DNA of 64,000 nt, from the IMG/VR virus record IMGVR_UViG_3300045988_085064. One strand, given 5' to 3'. The notes below the pieces were generated by a model. It was not told where the DNA came from, made no database searches, and saw only the letters and a program-made list of their open reading frames with translations. This DNA is from a virus. How positions within the stretch are numbered: position 1 is the first letter of the stretch; every line of letters begins with the position of its first letter. Positions 47,220 to 57,369 of this stretch are shown in pieces. Made by a program: the position numbers and the translations under genes.

Positions 47220-47244
47220 TCATAGACACCTCCTTTCTAGCGTA

Positions 47245-47421
47245 TTATCCTTCTATTCCGTTCTTATTTAACCATTTTAGCAATTTTGCGTTTCGCTTAT
47301 AATAATGCGCGTCCTCATCTAGGTATTTAGCAGAAAATCCAGCTCTATCTAATTCCCAAGCAAGGGTATCATCAGCAATAAAATAATCTTCTGGATTCTT
47401 TGGGATTCCAAGGATAATCAT
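47245..47421 (-). CDS. Hypothetical small protein
   Basis: ATG 47421 after GGAGGA, with an ATGA overlap with the upstream stop. Confidence 0.35.
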   Translation of the reverse strand: MIILGIPKNPEDYFIADDTLAWELDRAGFSAKYLDEDAHYYKRNAKLLKWLNKNGIEG

Positions 47422-47930
47422 TGATAATCCTCCAAGCCAACAATTCCCCAACTATCAATATGACGGTCATATTCGTCATATTCTGTTGGCATTTGTTTGG
47501 CTTTGTCATCCAATAGAATAATCTGCGCTACAACTTTATTCATATCCTGCATAAGCTCTTGTAGCATAGCATTGGCGTTAAAATCTTTTTCTTCTTTTGC
47601 GATATAATACGTCTGCTTAATAACTTGATATAGGTCAACCGTTTCTCTAAGCATAGTATCCATCATTTGCTCAAGATTATCATACTCGCGCTTATCGCCG
47701 CGAGTCTCAGGATAATATGTAGTAATATTCCACTGATGCTTAAAATCGCTTACAGCATCAGCCATAAGCGGCCAGAGATGCGCTAATTTGTGATGGATAA
47801 TATTTGCCGCATTTGGCATAGCAAATTTTACTTCCATCCACGATACGCAACGATCAAACGTGCGGTTCAACTGAAAATACTGCCCAACTAGAATATCTAG
47901 AGCTTCACTTGTTCTTTCTGATAACATCAT
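47418..47930 (-). CDS. Hypothetical helical protein
   Basis: 170-aa ORF after the portal gene. No motif verified. Confidence 0.35.
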   Translation of the reverse strand: MMLSERTSEALDILVGQYFQLNRTFDRCVSWMEVKFAMPNAANIIHHKLAHLWPLMADAVSDFKHQWNITTYYPETRGDKREYDNLEQMMDTMLRETVDLYQVIKQTYYIAKEEKDFNANAMLQELMQDMNKVVAQIILLDDKAKQMPTEYDEYDRHIDSWGIVGLEDYQ

Positions 47931-47941
47931 AATATTTCACC

Positions 47942-49519
47942 TTATTCTAATGAATCTCGGCTTGCTTCGCCCGATTCGGTAAGTGCGGTCGAATTTTCTC
48001 TGGGTCTACCACCCTCATTATCTGAGCCACCCTTAGTTGTATTGGTATTTTTCAAGAGCTGTGTATATTTATCAATCCAACCAGTATATTTACTCTCAGC
48101 CATCATTGCTTCAAATACCTGTGGCTGATAGCCAGATACAGACGCCCACGTCTGCATAGGTAGAACAATGCCAGAATCGGCCATTTTCTTCACTTTATCA
48201 AATCGAGCCTCGCGCTCAAATGGATAATTAGACCCGTCAAAAATAAATTTCCACTTGTATTTCTTTGTTAATTTATTTGCATAATATTCTACAAAATTAG
48301 CAAATTGATGATACATAGGGTGCATAGTCTGATACATATCATTAAGTCCAGCCTCAATCTCAGCATTGGACTGTCTATCAGAACTATAAATAACGCGGCT
48401 AATACCAGAACCAACACCAGCAGATGTGGCTAGTTGCGTTGAATACATATCCGTATTCTTATCCTCAAATTGATAAAATTTTAAATTTTCAGTAGGCATT
48501 GCAGCAAGTCTAATTAAACTACCTAGTCCAGTTTTAGCTTTCTGCATAAATCCGCCCAGGGTTTTTGGATCAATAGCAAACTGATTGGATTTAGTGCCAG
48601 ATTTTGCATTGTCAAATAGACGAATTTCACCAGCCAAAATAGCATAAGCTGAAGCCATATCTTTGTTATATTGAAGTTGCGCAATTTCATCATTTTGAAT
48701 AGCATTCTTTAAGAATGGAGCAAGATATGGTGTTGTATTAAAGTTGGAAGAATCAAATTTAAATGCCCATGCCCCATCCTCAGGCGATGTCTGCGCCCAT
48801 GTCGAATATGCACCATCACGCTTCCAAAGCGGGTTTGTAGGACGATAATTTTTAATGGAATCTTCTTGAACCCCAAAAACACGCTGAAAATATTTCTTAA
48901 ATGCTGGGTCATACGCATCAATATCAACACCAGCTTGTAAGAAATAGTTCATATCAAAATCAAATAATAGACCCTTTTCCCAATATCCGGTTAGCAAACA
49001 TCTGTCTTGAGGCAAAATTTGCAATGCAAATTTCATGCCCTTATTTCCCCATTTAGTTTTTCTAAACCATGTGAAATAAACCTCATGAGACATAATCTGT
49101 TGAATAACTTTTCTAAATTCATATTTATAATTAAATTTATTCAAAAAATCATAGATGCGCTTTTTATCTTCTTGATATCCATTTGATTCATAATCTGATT
49201 GTGTAAACGCATTGATGCAAACCGGCTCTAAATCAAAAGCAAGCGCATTTGCATAAGATTGTAATGTTCTAGCAAATATCATATCGAAAAACTTCATATA
49301 TTCCATGTAGCCATGAATATTTTCTCCACTTTCACGATATGTACTCAATGCTTTTCTAATAGATTCTGATGTCGGTAGTCTTGGATTATTATTTAAACCT
49401 TGTAGCAACTCATTACTTGTATATGGCGACCAAAAACCAATTTGGTCATACGCATATAATGCTGTTGCAAAGTCAACAACATCTTTACTTTGTTCAAATG
49501 AAATTAGCGGTTCTGCCAA
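47942..49519 (-). CDS. Portal protein candidate
   Basis: 525 aa. TTG start after AGGAGGG. Lies immediately downstream of the terminase large subunit. Confidence 0.5.
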   Translation of the reverse strand: MAEPLISFEQSKDVVDFATALYAYDQIGFWSPYTSNELLQGLNNNPRLPTSESIRKALSTYRESGENIHGYMEYMKFFDMIFARTLQSYANALAFDLEPVCINAFTQSDYESNGYQEDKKRIYDFLNKFNYKYEFRKVIQQIMSHEVYFTWFRKTKWGNKGMKFALQILPQDRCLLTGYWEKGLLFDFDMNYFLQAGVDIDAYDPAFKKYFQRVFGVQEDSIKNYRPTNPLWKRDGAYSTWAQTSPEDGAWAFKFDSSNFNTTPYLAPFLKNAIQNDEIAQLQYNKDMASAYAILAGEIRLFDNAKSGTKSNQFAIDPKTLGGFMQKAKTGLGSLIRLAAMPTENLKFYQFEDKNTDMYSTQLATSAGVGSGISRVIYSSDRQSNAEIEAGLNDMYQTMHPMYHQFANFVEYYANKLTKKYKWKFIFDGSNYPFEREARFDKVKKMADSGIVLPMQTWASVSGYQPQVFEAMMAESKYTGWIDKYTQLLKNTNTTKGGSDNEGGRPRENSTALTESGEASRDSLE

Positions 49520-49639
49520 ATTTCGCCCTCCTTTCTTTGTTTTATATTTTGAGTATTTTTATTTTCTAGTTGGAACTTATAATCCTAATAATATCTCCAC
49601 GGCAACACACCATCATAGTTGCCGCTCCATAGATAAATA

Positions 49640-51322
49640 CTAATATACTAATTGAATGGAATCTATATCAAACTCATCTTCTTGTAACTGTTGTTGCCAT
49701 GCGTTCTCAATCAAATCGATAATATGATTCCCATACATAATAGTTACAATTCTATCCTTTGTGCCATTTCGTGGTTCTTCTAGCTTGATTTTATCTTGCT
49801 TGATAACCGTCTTTAGGTTGACCGCCTCTATGATTGTCATATCTGTTTGACCATATGGCTCAAGCTGATTAGCTAATTCCTCAGCTGTATATTTATAATA
49901 TTCACCACTATCTGTTAGCTCGTTCTGATAATCTTGCATAGAAATAAGAAATTTCATATTGTTAGTCTCAAGCTGTTTGCGCAATGACAACCAACCAGTA
50001 GAGTTTAGCTCTGGTGTGCCTATCACGGGTATAATAGCTGGAACTGCATCTTTGTCAACGACACGACTTCTGTAATCATCCAATTTTGCTTGTGGAACCA
50101 TCTGGTATTTATCTGCAAGACCTAGTCCGTGCTTATTCCACCTCAACCCTAATTCTGGCCAAGATAATGGCTCTGTCATATGGTTAAATAGAACTTCGCC
50201 ACCTGAACGTCCATCAGGACATAGATAATCCGCATCATATACCCACCATAAGTATCTTGCTCTGTCAGACGCGCCGATGGTATCAGATGCGTCATGACCT
50301 TCTATGTAATCAATATGACGCTCAAACCGATTTTTCTTTTTATCCCAATGCGCCGACATAAGCGTAATAATGGTATTGTCGTTCTTTGTACAACCAGTAG
50401 TGTTGGAAAATGCGTAGTCAACCACAACAAGCCGCACTTCATCTTCCTTTTTCTCTGGAAAATCAACCTGCTCACCAGAGAAAAAATCAAGGTAAGTAAG
50501 AGGTCTAAAACAATGCTGTAAAATTTGTGCCGTCTTGAATTGTTCATATGTGAAAAACGCATCTTCAGCCTCACCAATCATTTGATTGAGGTCTTCCATT
50601 TTCCAGTCCATCTCAGACTCCGCTTTATCTTTACGATAATCAGCCCATGTTTTCAAGCGATTGTCTATTGCCATAAATATATCACCGGCAAACACATTAT
50701 GATTAACACGCTTATCTACAAAATGCTGAGTGAACACATTCTTGAAAGAACGCCAAAACCATTCGTATTTGTATCTTGCAGACGTAATATAAATACGTTG
50801 ACATTCTTCAATCCATCGTTTATTATTCCCATAAACAGGATTATCCATGTATTTAGCCTGTCTTGGATGTGGCATCTTTTCAAATACTGCATCAAGAATT
50901 GTCTTTTTAAGCAAACGCACCTCTTCATAAATAAGTAATGTTGCACGTTCACCACGGCTTGCCTCAGTACACGGCAACACAACAATAGTTGAGCCATTCA
51001 GCTTATTTTCTATCTTTGTGCCATCATCTGGCTTTGTTATGACTATATACTCATGCTCGTACATATATAGCAAATAGCTTGAGAGCTTTTTAATTATTTC
51101 ATCACGTATCTTTTTATCAGCCAATTTATTAGCCTGTTGAACAGTAGATGACGTAATAACAATCTCACTATACGGATATAGATTCATCTTGCATATTGCT
51201 CCAAGCCCAGCCATAAATGATTTTGACAAACCTCTGGAGCAGATTGCGTAAAAGAATGGCGATATACCCATTAGATATATCATAACCATCTGGAACGGCC
51301 TCAGCTTAATGCCAAGTACCAT
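49640..51322 (-). CDS. terL: Terminase large subunit (as delimited by the first ATG after an in-frame TAG)
   Basis: LGIKLRPFQ, Walker A-like CSRGLSKS, Walker B-like LLIYEEV, C-terminal nuclease-type VVVDYAFS. No good SD before ATG 51322. Confidence 0.75.
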   Translation of the reverse strand: MVLGIKLRPFQMVMIYLMGISPFFYAICSRGLSKSFMAGLGAICKMNLYPYSEIVITSSTVQQANKLADKKIRDEIIKKLSSYLLYMYEHEYIVITKPDDGTKIENKLNGSTIVVLPCTEASRGERATLLIYEEVRLLKKTILDAVFEKMPHPRQAKYMDNPVYGNNKRWIEECQRIYITSARYKYEWFWRSFKNVFTQHFVDKRVNHNVFAGDIFMAIDNRLKTWADYRKDKAESEMDWKMEDLNQMIGEAEDAFFTYEQFKTAQILQHCFRPLTYLDFFSGEQVDFPEKKEDEVRLVVVDYAFSNTTGCTKNDNTIITLMSAHWDKKKNRFERHIDYIEGHDASDTIGASDRARYLWWVYDADYLCPDGRSGGEVLFNHMTEPLSWPELGLRWNKHGLGLADKYQMVPQAKLDDYRSRVVDKDAVPAIIPVIGTPELNSTGWLSLRKQLETNNMKFLISMQDYQNELTDSGEYYKYTAEELANQLEPYGQTDMTIIEAVNLKTVIKQDKIKLEEPRNGTKDRIVTIMYGNHIIDLIENAWQQQLQEDEFDIDSIQLVY

Positions 51323-51352
51323 ATCTACATATATATGCCAATTCCTACGGAA

Positions 51353-51484
51353 CTAGAAAAGAGTCAACCACTCTATTGCGTTTTGCTCTTTCTCTTCCGA
51401 TTTGCTTTTACCAGACCATGCCTCTGTCGTGATTAAGTGGTTGGACATAAACTTTCTGCGAAGTCCGCCCATTTGACTCTTCAT
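51353..51484 (-). CDS. 43-codon ORF in frame with terL, separated from it only by TAG 51355-51353
   Basis: ATG 51484 after GGTGGTGA. Ends ...AIEWLTLF-TAG-FRRNWHIYVD-M(51322). Confidence 0.4.
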   Translation of the reverse strand: MKSQMGGLRRKFMSNHLITTEAWSGKSKSEEKEQNAIEWLTLF

Positions 51485-51500
51485 CTCATATCACCACCAA

Positions 51501-52325
51501 TCATCGCTCATCAACGGGGATGTCTGGATAATCTTTTGATCCAGCGCATAGATTTTTCAAGCTTCTCATAATATGATTCCAAGTAGACTCAAACCCACTG
51601 AAATCCTTATATTTATTCAAATCCTCGCATTCACATGGTTTTATATTCTCAATATTCCATGCCATGCGCTCTATGAATTTTTCAGTATCGCTCTGCTTGT
51701 TTTCCTTAAATTGATCTAGTTTTAGTACCTTCATCAATTTAAGAATTTCATCGCCAGCGTCTTTATCTGTAGGGTCTTTGAATTTGCGTAGGTTGGCTTG
51801 ACACAGATTTCTATATGTCATCTCTTTGGCTGTGTCCATATCAAGAATTTCTTCTGTATATCGTTCAAATATGTCATCGAGCCACTGATATTCCCATTCT
51901 TCATAATCAGCACCCCACTGACGATTCCATCTTGCTTTAAGCGCTACCTTGTCAGTTTCGCCTTTAGCTACATCGCCCAAATCCTTGAAATTAGACAACT
52001 CCATATCACTATCCCATACTCCTGTTAGTTTATCAGGCGATGTTGATAAGTATGTATGATACAACATAAATAAACTAGGCTTTTTACCTTTAGCCGCTTT
52101 TTCTAGTGTTTCAAGACAAGCAGTATATTCAGCACGTCTCATAGGAATGCCAATCTGCATACAGGTTGACCATAATGCCGCGCCTTGGTCTTTAGTGGAT
52201 TCAAGAGCTTGTTTATATAGCTCAGTCACACATGATTTGCATGGCTTAATATATTCGCCCGTTTTGATTGGGCTTTTATAGAATTGGCTATCTTGCTTTT
52301 CTTTGCCACAATATGGGCAAAACAT
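51501..52325 (-). CDS. Terminase small subunit candidate (zinc-ribbon N-terminus)
   Basis: 274 aa directly upstream of terL. Contains CPYCG...CKSC. Called by position only. Confidence 0.3.
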   Translation of the reverse strand: MFCPYCGKEKQDSQFYKSPIKTGEYIKPCKSCVTELYKQALESTKDQGAALWSTCMQIGIPMRRAEYTACLETLEKAAKGKKPSLFMLYHTYLSTSPDKLTGVWDSDMELSNFKDLGDVAKGETDKVALKARWNRQWGADYEEWEYQWLDDIFERYTEEILDMDTAKEMTYRNLCQANLRKFKDPTDKDAGDEILKLMKVLKLDQFKENKQSDTEKFIERMAWNIENIKPCECEDLNKYKDFSGFESTWNHIMRSLKNLCAGSKDYPDIPVDER

Positions 52326-52583
52326 ATTCTCATTCCTTTCTGTTCCGTTTATTTTCCTATAAATATGACGAAGCAGCCAAGATTACTCTTAGCTGCTTCA
52401 TATTTGTCAAAGTTCAATATTCAATTAAACAACAGTTCCCATTGAGTTGGGCTTATTGTAGATATGAGCCGATTGGCTCCGATCACCTCCTTCTCAATTA
52501 TGCTTCGGATAAACCAGTGGATAATTCAAGAGAATAGTGACCTCCTTTCGGATATTTCTAAACTTGCTATTGCAAGGATAGAT

Positions 52584-53783
52584 TTAATTCAAAATGTATT
52601 TCTTAGTCCATGTCTTTTGCCCATCTTCAAATAGCATAAGTAATGCACCAGCTCTTGACAACTTACGACATCTCTTGCTATAATCATCGATACCAACAAT
52701 AGATGGACATTTAATTACCTCTTTCTCTGTATTCAATCCAATACCAACAGACTGCTGTTCAAGATGATGAAAATGACCAAGTAGCAGAATATCAATATCA
52801 ATCTGGTGATAGTCCTCAAAGAACGCAATTTCTCTAGTTGCATCCTTAGTATCATCGCCATGATATGCTAGGATATTCACGCCCTGAATTGTCTTAAACC
52901 CACATTCAGCATATGGCGCAATCTCAATGTTTGGATTATCCTTTAGCCGCAACTGAACAATCTGTGTGATAATCTTAGCAATATTATCTTCTGGGAAATC
53001 GCCCTTTTTACCATTGAGCAATCTAAGTTCACTATGATTGCCACCAACTGCAATATATTCAATCGGAACTTGTAGGCGTTCGCTCAACTCAACTAGCCAT
53101 TGGCTGATATATTCAGCATACTGCATGGCGCTATCTACAATCCCAGCCTTGAGCTTCATAAGGTCTGATAGCCTCAACGCACCTTGAATGGAATCCCCCA
53201 TATCGAACACCACAAGGCGACTAAATGATGATACGGAATATGCGTCATCCTCGATATTGTTCATCAGCTTTTCCATTCGCGCCTTGAATACATCAGAATT
53301 ATACACATTGACCTTTTCACCAAACAATGAATCCATGTCAATCATTGTGCCATAATGCTCATCTCCAATGCACAATACGCCGGCTTGCTCTTTGATTGGG
53401 TCTGGCTCGAATTTGCGACTGAACTTGATGGGCTCAAGCCGATTAATGGCGGCAACAATTTCTTCATTGAGCATATCATGTCGTGCCACTTCTCGTCTGT
53501 TCGCCGCATATTCAAGATTTTCTGTGCGCAGTTTTAGACGTGATTTCTCTAGCTCCTGCTTAGCCTCTCTGAGTTGTGATAAAATATTAGCGTCTTTTTC
53601 GTCTGATTCACAATCGTCTGCGCCGTTCAGCATATTGCGGACAAATACAGCACAACGACGTAAATATTCCTCTGACCAGACGCCCCTATAATCTTCACCA
53701 AGACAACGAGCCGTCCATTCCTGCAAGTCAATTAACTTGCTATCCAGCAGCTCAGTCGCTTGTCGTATCTTCTGTAGATTCAT
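52584..53783 (-). CDS. Calcineurin-like metallophosphoesterase
   Basis: Motifs VFDMGDSIQG, GGNHSE, YHGDD and LLGHFHH. Confidence 0.65.
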   Translation of the reverse strand: MNLQKIRQATELLDSKLIDLQEWTARCLGEDYRGVWSEEYLRRCAVFVRNMLNGADDCESDEKDANILSQLREAKQELEKSRLKLRTENLEYAANRREVARHDMLNEEIVAAINRLEPIKFSRKFEPDPIKEQAGVLCIGDEHYGTMIDMDSLFGEKVNVYNSDVFKARMEKLMNNIEDDAYSVSSFSRLVVFDMGDSIQGALRLSDLMKLKAGIVDSAMQYAEYISQWLVELSERLQVPIEYIAVGGNHSELRLLNGKKGDFPEDNIAKIITQIVQLRLKDNPNIEIAPYAECGFKTIQGVNILAYHGDDTKDATREIAFFEDYHQIDIDILLLGHFHHLEQQSVGIGLNTEKEVIKCPSIVGIDDYSKRCRKLSRAGALLMLFEDGQKTWTKKYILN

Positions 53784-54315
53784 TCAATTCCTGTTCCTTT
53801 TCCTTCTTTTTCCGTTCATAATCTTCTTTTTTCTTGTTAATTACATTGATAAAATCATCATAGCTCTGTTGCTTTGCTTTTTCCATGCGCTCTTGCGCAA
53901 TTTGCTCAAGCGATTTTCGCGCAGTACGTTCCATCTCCGCTTGAGTTATCAACTTGAGATCATTTGGCGTCAACTTGCGTTCACGAACGCGCTTACGATA
54001 TTTCTTTGTAACGCCGCGCCCATTTACATTATTTAGAAAATCCTCATTCACGGTATATAGTATCTTAAACCATGCAGGATTGATACGTTCAACAAGTTCT
54101 CCTGCATCGTTCTTAGCTGTTACTCTATACTCAGGTATTTCTTTCAAATCAAATCTACCTATACTGGGCATTTGGCATTTGCCATCAAAATGAAGAATAT
54201 GAATAATAGTATCAACAAAGCCAATCCAGTATTTCTTGGCGGTCTGTGGTGATACATTAAGCAATCCACCAGCATAGGCATAAAATTCCTGATTCAGTTT
54301 ATTGCACTCAGCCAT
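53752..54315 (-). CDS. HU/IHF-like DNA-binding protein with Lys/Glu-rich C-terminal extension
   Basis: DNABII-like pattern ...VDTIIHILHFDGKCQMPSIGRFDLKE...FKILYTVNEDF. Second of two adjacent paralogue-like genes. Confidence 0.4.
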   Translation of the reverse strand: MAECNKLNQEFYAYAGGLLNVSPQTAKKYWIGFVDTIIHILHFDGKCQMPSIGRFDLKEIPEYRVTAKNDAGELVERINPAWFKILYTVNEDFLNNVNGRGVTKKYRKRVRERKLTPNDLKLITQAEMERTARKSLEQIAQERMEKAKQQSYDDFINVINKKKEDYERKKKEKEQELNESTEDTTSD

Positions 54316-54727
54316 CTTCTTCTTCCTTCATAAACTTGGGATTATCAGGATAATTTTCTAATACCCAAGCATCCCATTCTTCTTTGGTTGTTCTTTTCCC
54401 ATACAATGTGCCACCTTTAACAGCACTTGCCATATGTTTCTCGGCTTTGAAATTCAGCCTATAATAACCCTGCCTGTCAGGATAATACATACGCCGCTTT
54501 TGAAATCCATTCCAATATTCACCGGCTGGCTTTGGTGGGTAGTCACGAAATGTAATAACACCAATATCAGGCAGTGAATACTCCACGCCATGCTGTAGTG
54601 TCTCACGGATAATATCGTGATAATTTCTTAAAACAAGTTCAATTATCTTAGAATCAACACCTGTGCGCCGTCGTAACTCTTTGTTCATATCGGCCTTACC
54701 AAGCCGAGGATATTTATTGTTATGCAA
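54308..54727 (-). CDS. HU/IHF-like DNA-binding protein
   Basis: MNKELRRRTGVDSKIIELVLRNYHDIIRETLQHGVEYSLPDIGVITFRD...FKAEKHMASAVKG follows the HU fold pattern. Confidence 0.5.
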   Translation of the reverse strand: MHNNKYPRLGKADMNKELRRRTGVDSKIIELVLRNYHDIIRETLQHGVEYSLPDIGVITFRDYPPKPAGEYWNGFQKRRMYYPDRQGYYRLNFKAEKHMASAVKGGTLYGKRTTKEEWDAWVLENYPDNPKFMKEEEDG

Positions 54728-54804
54728 TTATATCGTTCCTTTCCCTATTAGTCTACCACAATATATTATGGTAAGTTCATTTTGTCTATATATTTCCTAC
54801 CGTT

Positions 54805-57369
54805 TTAACATATCCCCGTGCGGACAGGTGGGGCTTCCCGTGATTCAACGCGCCGCCGATTATCTGCTTTTTTGTAGCATTCCTCTGAGCAATAATGCTG
54901 ACATATATCTCGTGGCTTAAACCGCTTGCCGCAAATAGGGCAGATTGGATTAAATTGTGCTGTATTGATTCTCAAATTTTCTACAATCGTCCAACCAAAA
55001 CAAGCCCATAGCATTTTCTTATTACTTGATTTTTTGACCGTATATAGATAAGCTACCAAGCTATTAACCACAACATCTATCGGCTCATTGCTATATTCCA
55101 CTATATCTTGTCCAATGCGACGATATTTATACAAATCATCCTCATTGATATGCGGGTCATCGCCATAATCAAATCTACGCTGGTTCCATATCCACCAATT
55201 ATACCTCTCTATAATGGGTGAATTTTCTCTAGTGGTATAATCAACTGATTTATTTATCAGCATCGTCCAGTCGAATTTCCCAATCTTGTTATTATAACGA
55301 ATTCGGGAAGCAGGAATTTTTGCCGATATGCGATTCATCGTGGAATTGTTCGGTGGCTCTACTTGTGTATCCGGGTCTTTGTCTTTGGCATATTGGAAGA
55401 AATTTGGAACACGGGCTTTTGTATATTGTTTGATTGTGTTGTTGATTTGTTTCGGTCGTTCTGGTAGCCATTGTGTTTTAGCACAATCTATAACAGCGTT
55501 GTTCTCGAAACAAAGCCATTTAACTACGTTTAGTTCTTCCTGTGTGATTTCACCACTATTCCATATTTTTGTAATGTTATTACTAACCGGGCCAATATTG
55601 CCCTTGGTATAAGCATTAACCATTCCATTGTACATACTGTCTGGATTTAATAAACCGCCCTTGGCTTTTTTGAGGTCATATGCCAAAGGGACTATATCTT
55701 GCATATTGCGTTTGGCGCAGTTTGTCAATGCTCTATCTTTTATCACTAGAGCCTTATCCCCATCTACGTCGAACATAAGATAACGTGAAATAAGATCATG
55801 ACAACTAGTATATATACACTTAGTTCCACCAAACCAATAATCAAGCTCTAAACTGCGACGATTTGTCCTGATTGCCCATTCTCGATATAGATGCGGTGAA
55901 CGTAGACAAGCCAATGTTTCTTCATCTCGATATTGGTTTGTATATACATCGCCATCTGCAAGCAATCCCTGTGGGTTTTGTTCACCTAAGAACAACCATT
56001 CGCAGAACGCATATAGATCAGGTGATAAGAATAAATATTTCCCGTTTACTCTAAGCCGTCCACCCTTGGCTTGTTTTACTAGGCTCTTTTTAGTCTGTTT
56101 CAGAATTTCTCGGTTATACGAATCTTTAAACAGCTCAGGATATATCAACAACGCCTCTTGCATAGCTGATTTATATCGGTTATTCTCTGCCGCTCCAAGT
56201 AACCGCATAGTAACTTGATAATCCTTGCCAACATCATCAATCTCTTGCACCGTCTTAGAGATGATGCGGTCTATCTCATTATCAGTCATATCGCTCAATG
56301 TCTGTAGCATCTGATAATTGATGCGGCTCTTTGGGATATATAGTTCTTCAATATTGCAATAGCAAGCATTGCATCCAAAATTTTTGAATCGCGCCTTATA
56401 ACATTCCCACGAATCATAAAATTTCCATAGCTTGAATTGGCTCTTTGTAAATATATACCGTATATCTTCCTCTATGATTTTGTGCTCGTTTCCATAAATA
56501 TCTGTTACTATTGCCTCACCACCGCATTTTTCTTTGATAAATTTATCAAATGGAAATGTAACAAGTAATCCCTTTACCCATGGCATACGCACCATTCTTG
56601 TTGTCTCATCAAGCATGATACCGCATCCGTCCATATGAGGAATAATCGTCTCTGTCATTTCGCGCCGAATCTCATATGACACGCCATCAATATGGTCAAC
56701 CAATCCTGGGACAGCCGTTTCCCAATCGTCTACTACAATTGATTTGTCAATATCGAAATTTTGCCAAACGTCTGTGGCCGAGTTCATAAGTGCCAAATAT
56801 GCAAGGAATTTATTTTGATTCATACCTCCCCGCTCATTGATTTCATCTATAGTCAAGCCGCACATCAATTTTTGCTCAATGCGCTTAAATGACGATTCTT
56901 TAACGAATATGGCTCGTTTCGTCCTTATCTGTCCAGCGGATGCAGTGAGAAACACATATTTTTCACCATTGTAGATAAATCCTTGATGAACTAGATTGTT
57001 AAATACCTGAAAGAAAAATACGTTGATTATGAACAGCTTATCAGTCAACTTGAACGGCTCAAGCCCTAAGCTGCGCGTTAGATCGGATTCAAACAAATTA
57101 ACAACCGTCTTATCTGTCACAGCATCTTGACGCAATTCTCTAGTTACATTTCGGCTCACCGCATCGTCTAGCAATTCAGATAGCCGCGCCTTTTCTTTTT
57201 TGAGCAAACGATTTGCTGACTTAATGCGCCAATCTGGCTTATTGTCATCTTTCCAATGCTTACGCAACGAATATAACCGAACGAGCCGTCTATGCAGCGT
57301 CATTTCGTTATCATCATAAAAACATGACGTGTCCACTGAATGCAAATAAATTTGCGTCTGTAGTCTCAA
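54805..57369 (-). CDS. YonO-like single-subunit two-barrel DNA-dependent RNA polymerase
   Basis: 854 aa. LRSPHLYREWAIR followed 36 aa later by MFDVDGDKALV parallels the beta-prime NRAPTLHR...NADFDGD double-psi beta-barrel. TTG start after GAGGTG. HU-like genes lie immediately downstream, as with yonO-yonN in SPbeta. Confidence 0.65.
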   Translation of the reverse strand: MRLQTQIYLHSVDTSCFYDDNEMTLHRRLVRLYSLRKHWKDDNKPDWRIKSANRLLKKEKARLSELLDDAVSRNVTRELRQDAVTDKTVVNLFESDLTRSLGLEPFKLTDKLFIINVFFFQVFNNLVHQGFIYNGEKYVFLTASAGQIRTKRAIFVKESSFKRIEQKLMCGLTIDEINERGGMNQNKFLAYLALMNSATDVWQNFDIDKSIVVDDWETAVPGLVDHIDGVSYEIRREMTETIIPHMDGCGIMLDETTRMVRMPWVKGLLVTFPFDKFIKEKCGGEAIVTDIYGNEHKIIEEDIRYIFTKSQFKLWKFYDSWECYKARFKNFGCNACYCNIEELYIPKSRINYQMLQTLSDMTDNEIDRIISKTVQEIDDVGKDYQVTMRLLGAAENNRYKSAMQEALLIYPELFKDSYNREILKQTKKSLVKQAKGGRLRVNGKYLFLSPDLYAFCEWLFLGEQNPQGLLADGDVYTNQYRDEETLACLRSPHLYREWAIRTNRRSLELDYWFGGTKCIYTSCHDLISRYLMFDVDGDKALVIKDRALTNCAKRNMQDIVPLAYDLKKAKGGLLNPDSMYNGMVNAYTKGNIGPVSNNITKIWNSGEITQEELNVVKWLCFENNAVIDCAKTQWLPERPKQINNTIKQYTKARVPNFFQYAKDKDPDTQVEPPNNSTMNRISAKIPASRIRYNNKIGKFDWTMLINKSVDYTTRENSPIIERYNWWIWNQRRFDYGDDPHINEDDLYKYRRIGQDIVEYSNEPIDVVVNSLVAYLYTVKKSSNKKMLWACFGWTIVENLRINTAQFNPICPICGKRFKPRDICQHYCSEECYKKADNRRRVESREAPPVRTGIC

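Noticed and set aside
19934-57369. Genome-wide stop-codon reassignment (TAG or TGA read as sense) in the late genes
   Set aside because: Apart from terL, all long late ORFs are uninterrupted (for example 1280 codons of TMP exon 3, 854-codon RNAP, 525-codon portal). TGA, TAA and TAG are all used as ordinary stops, often in ATGA/TTGA overlaps. Only local read-through remains possible.
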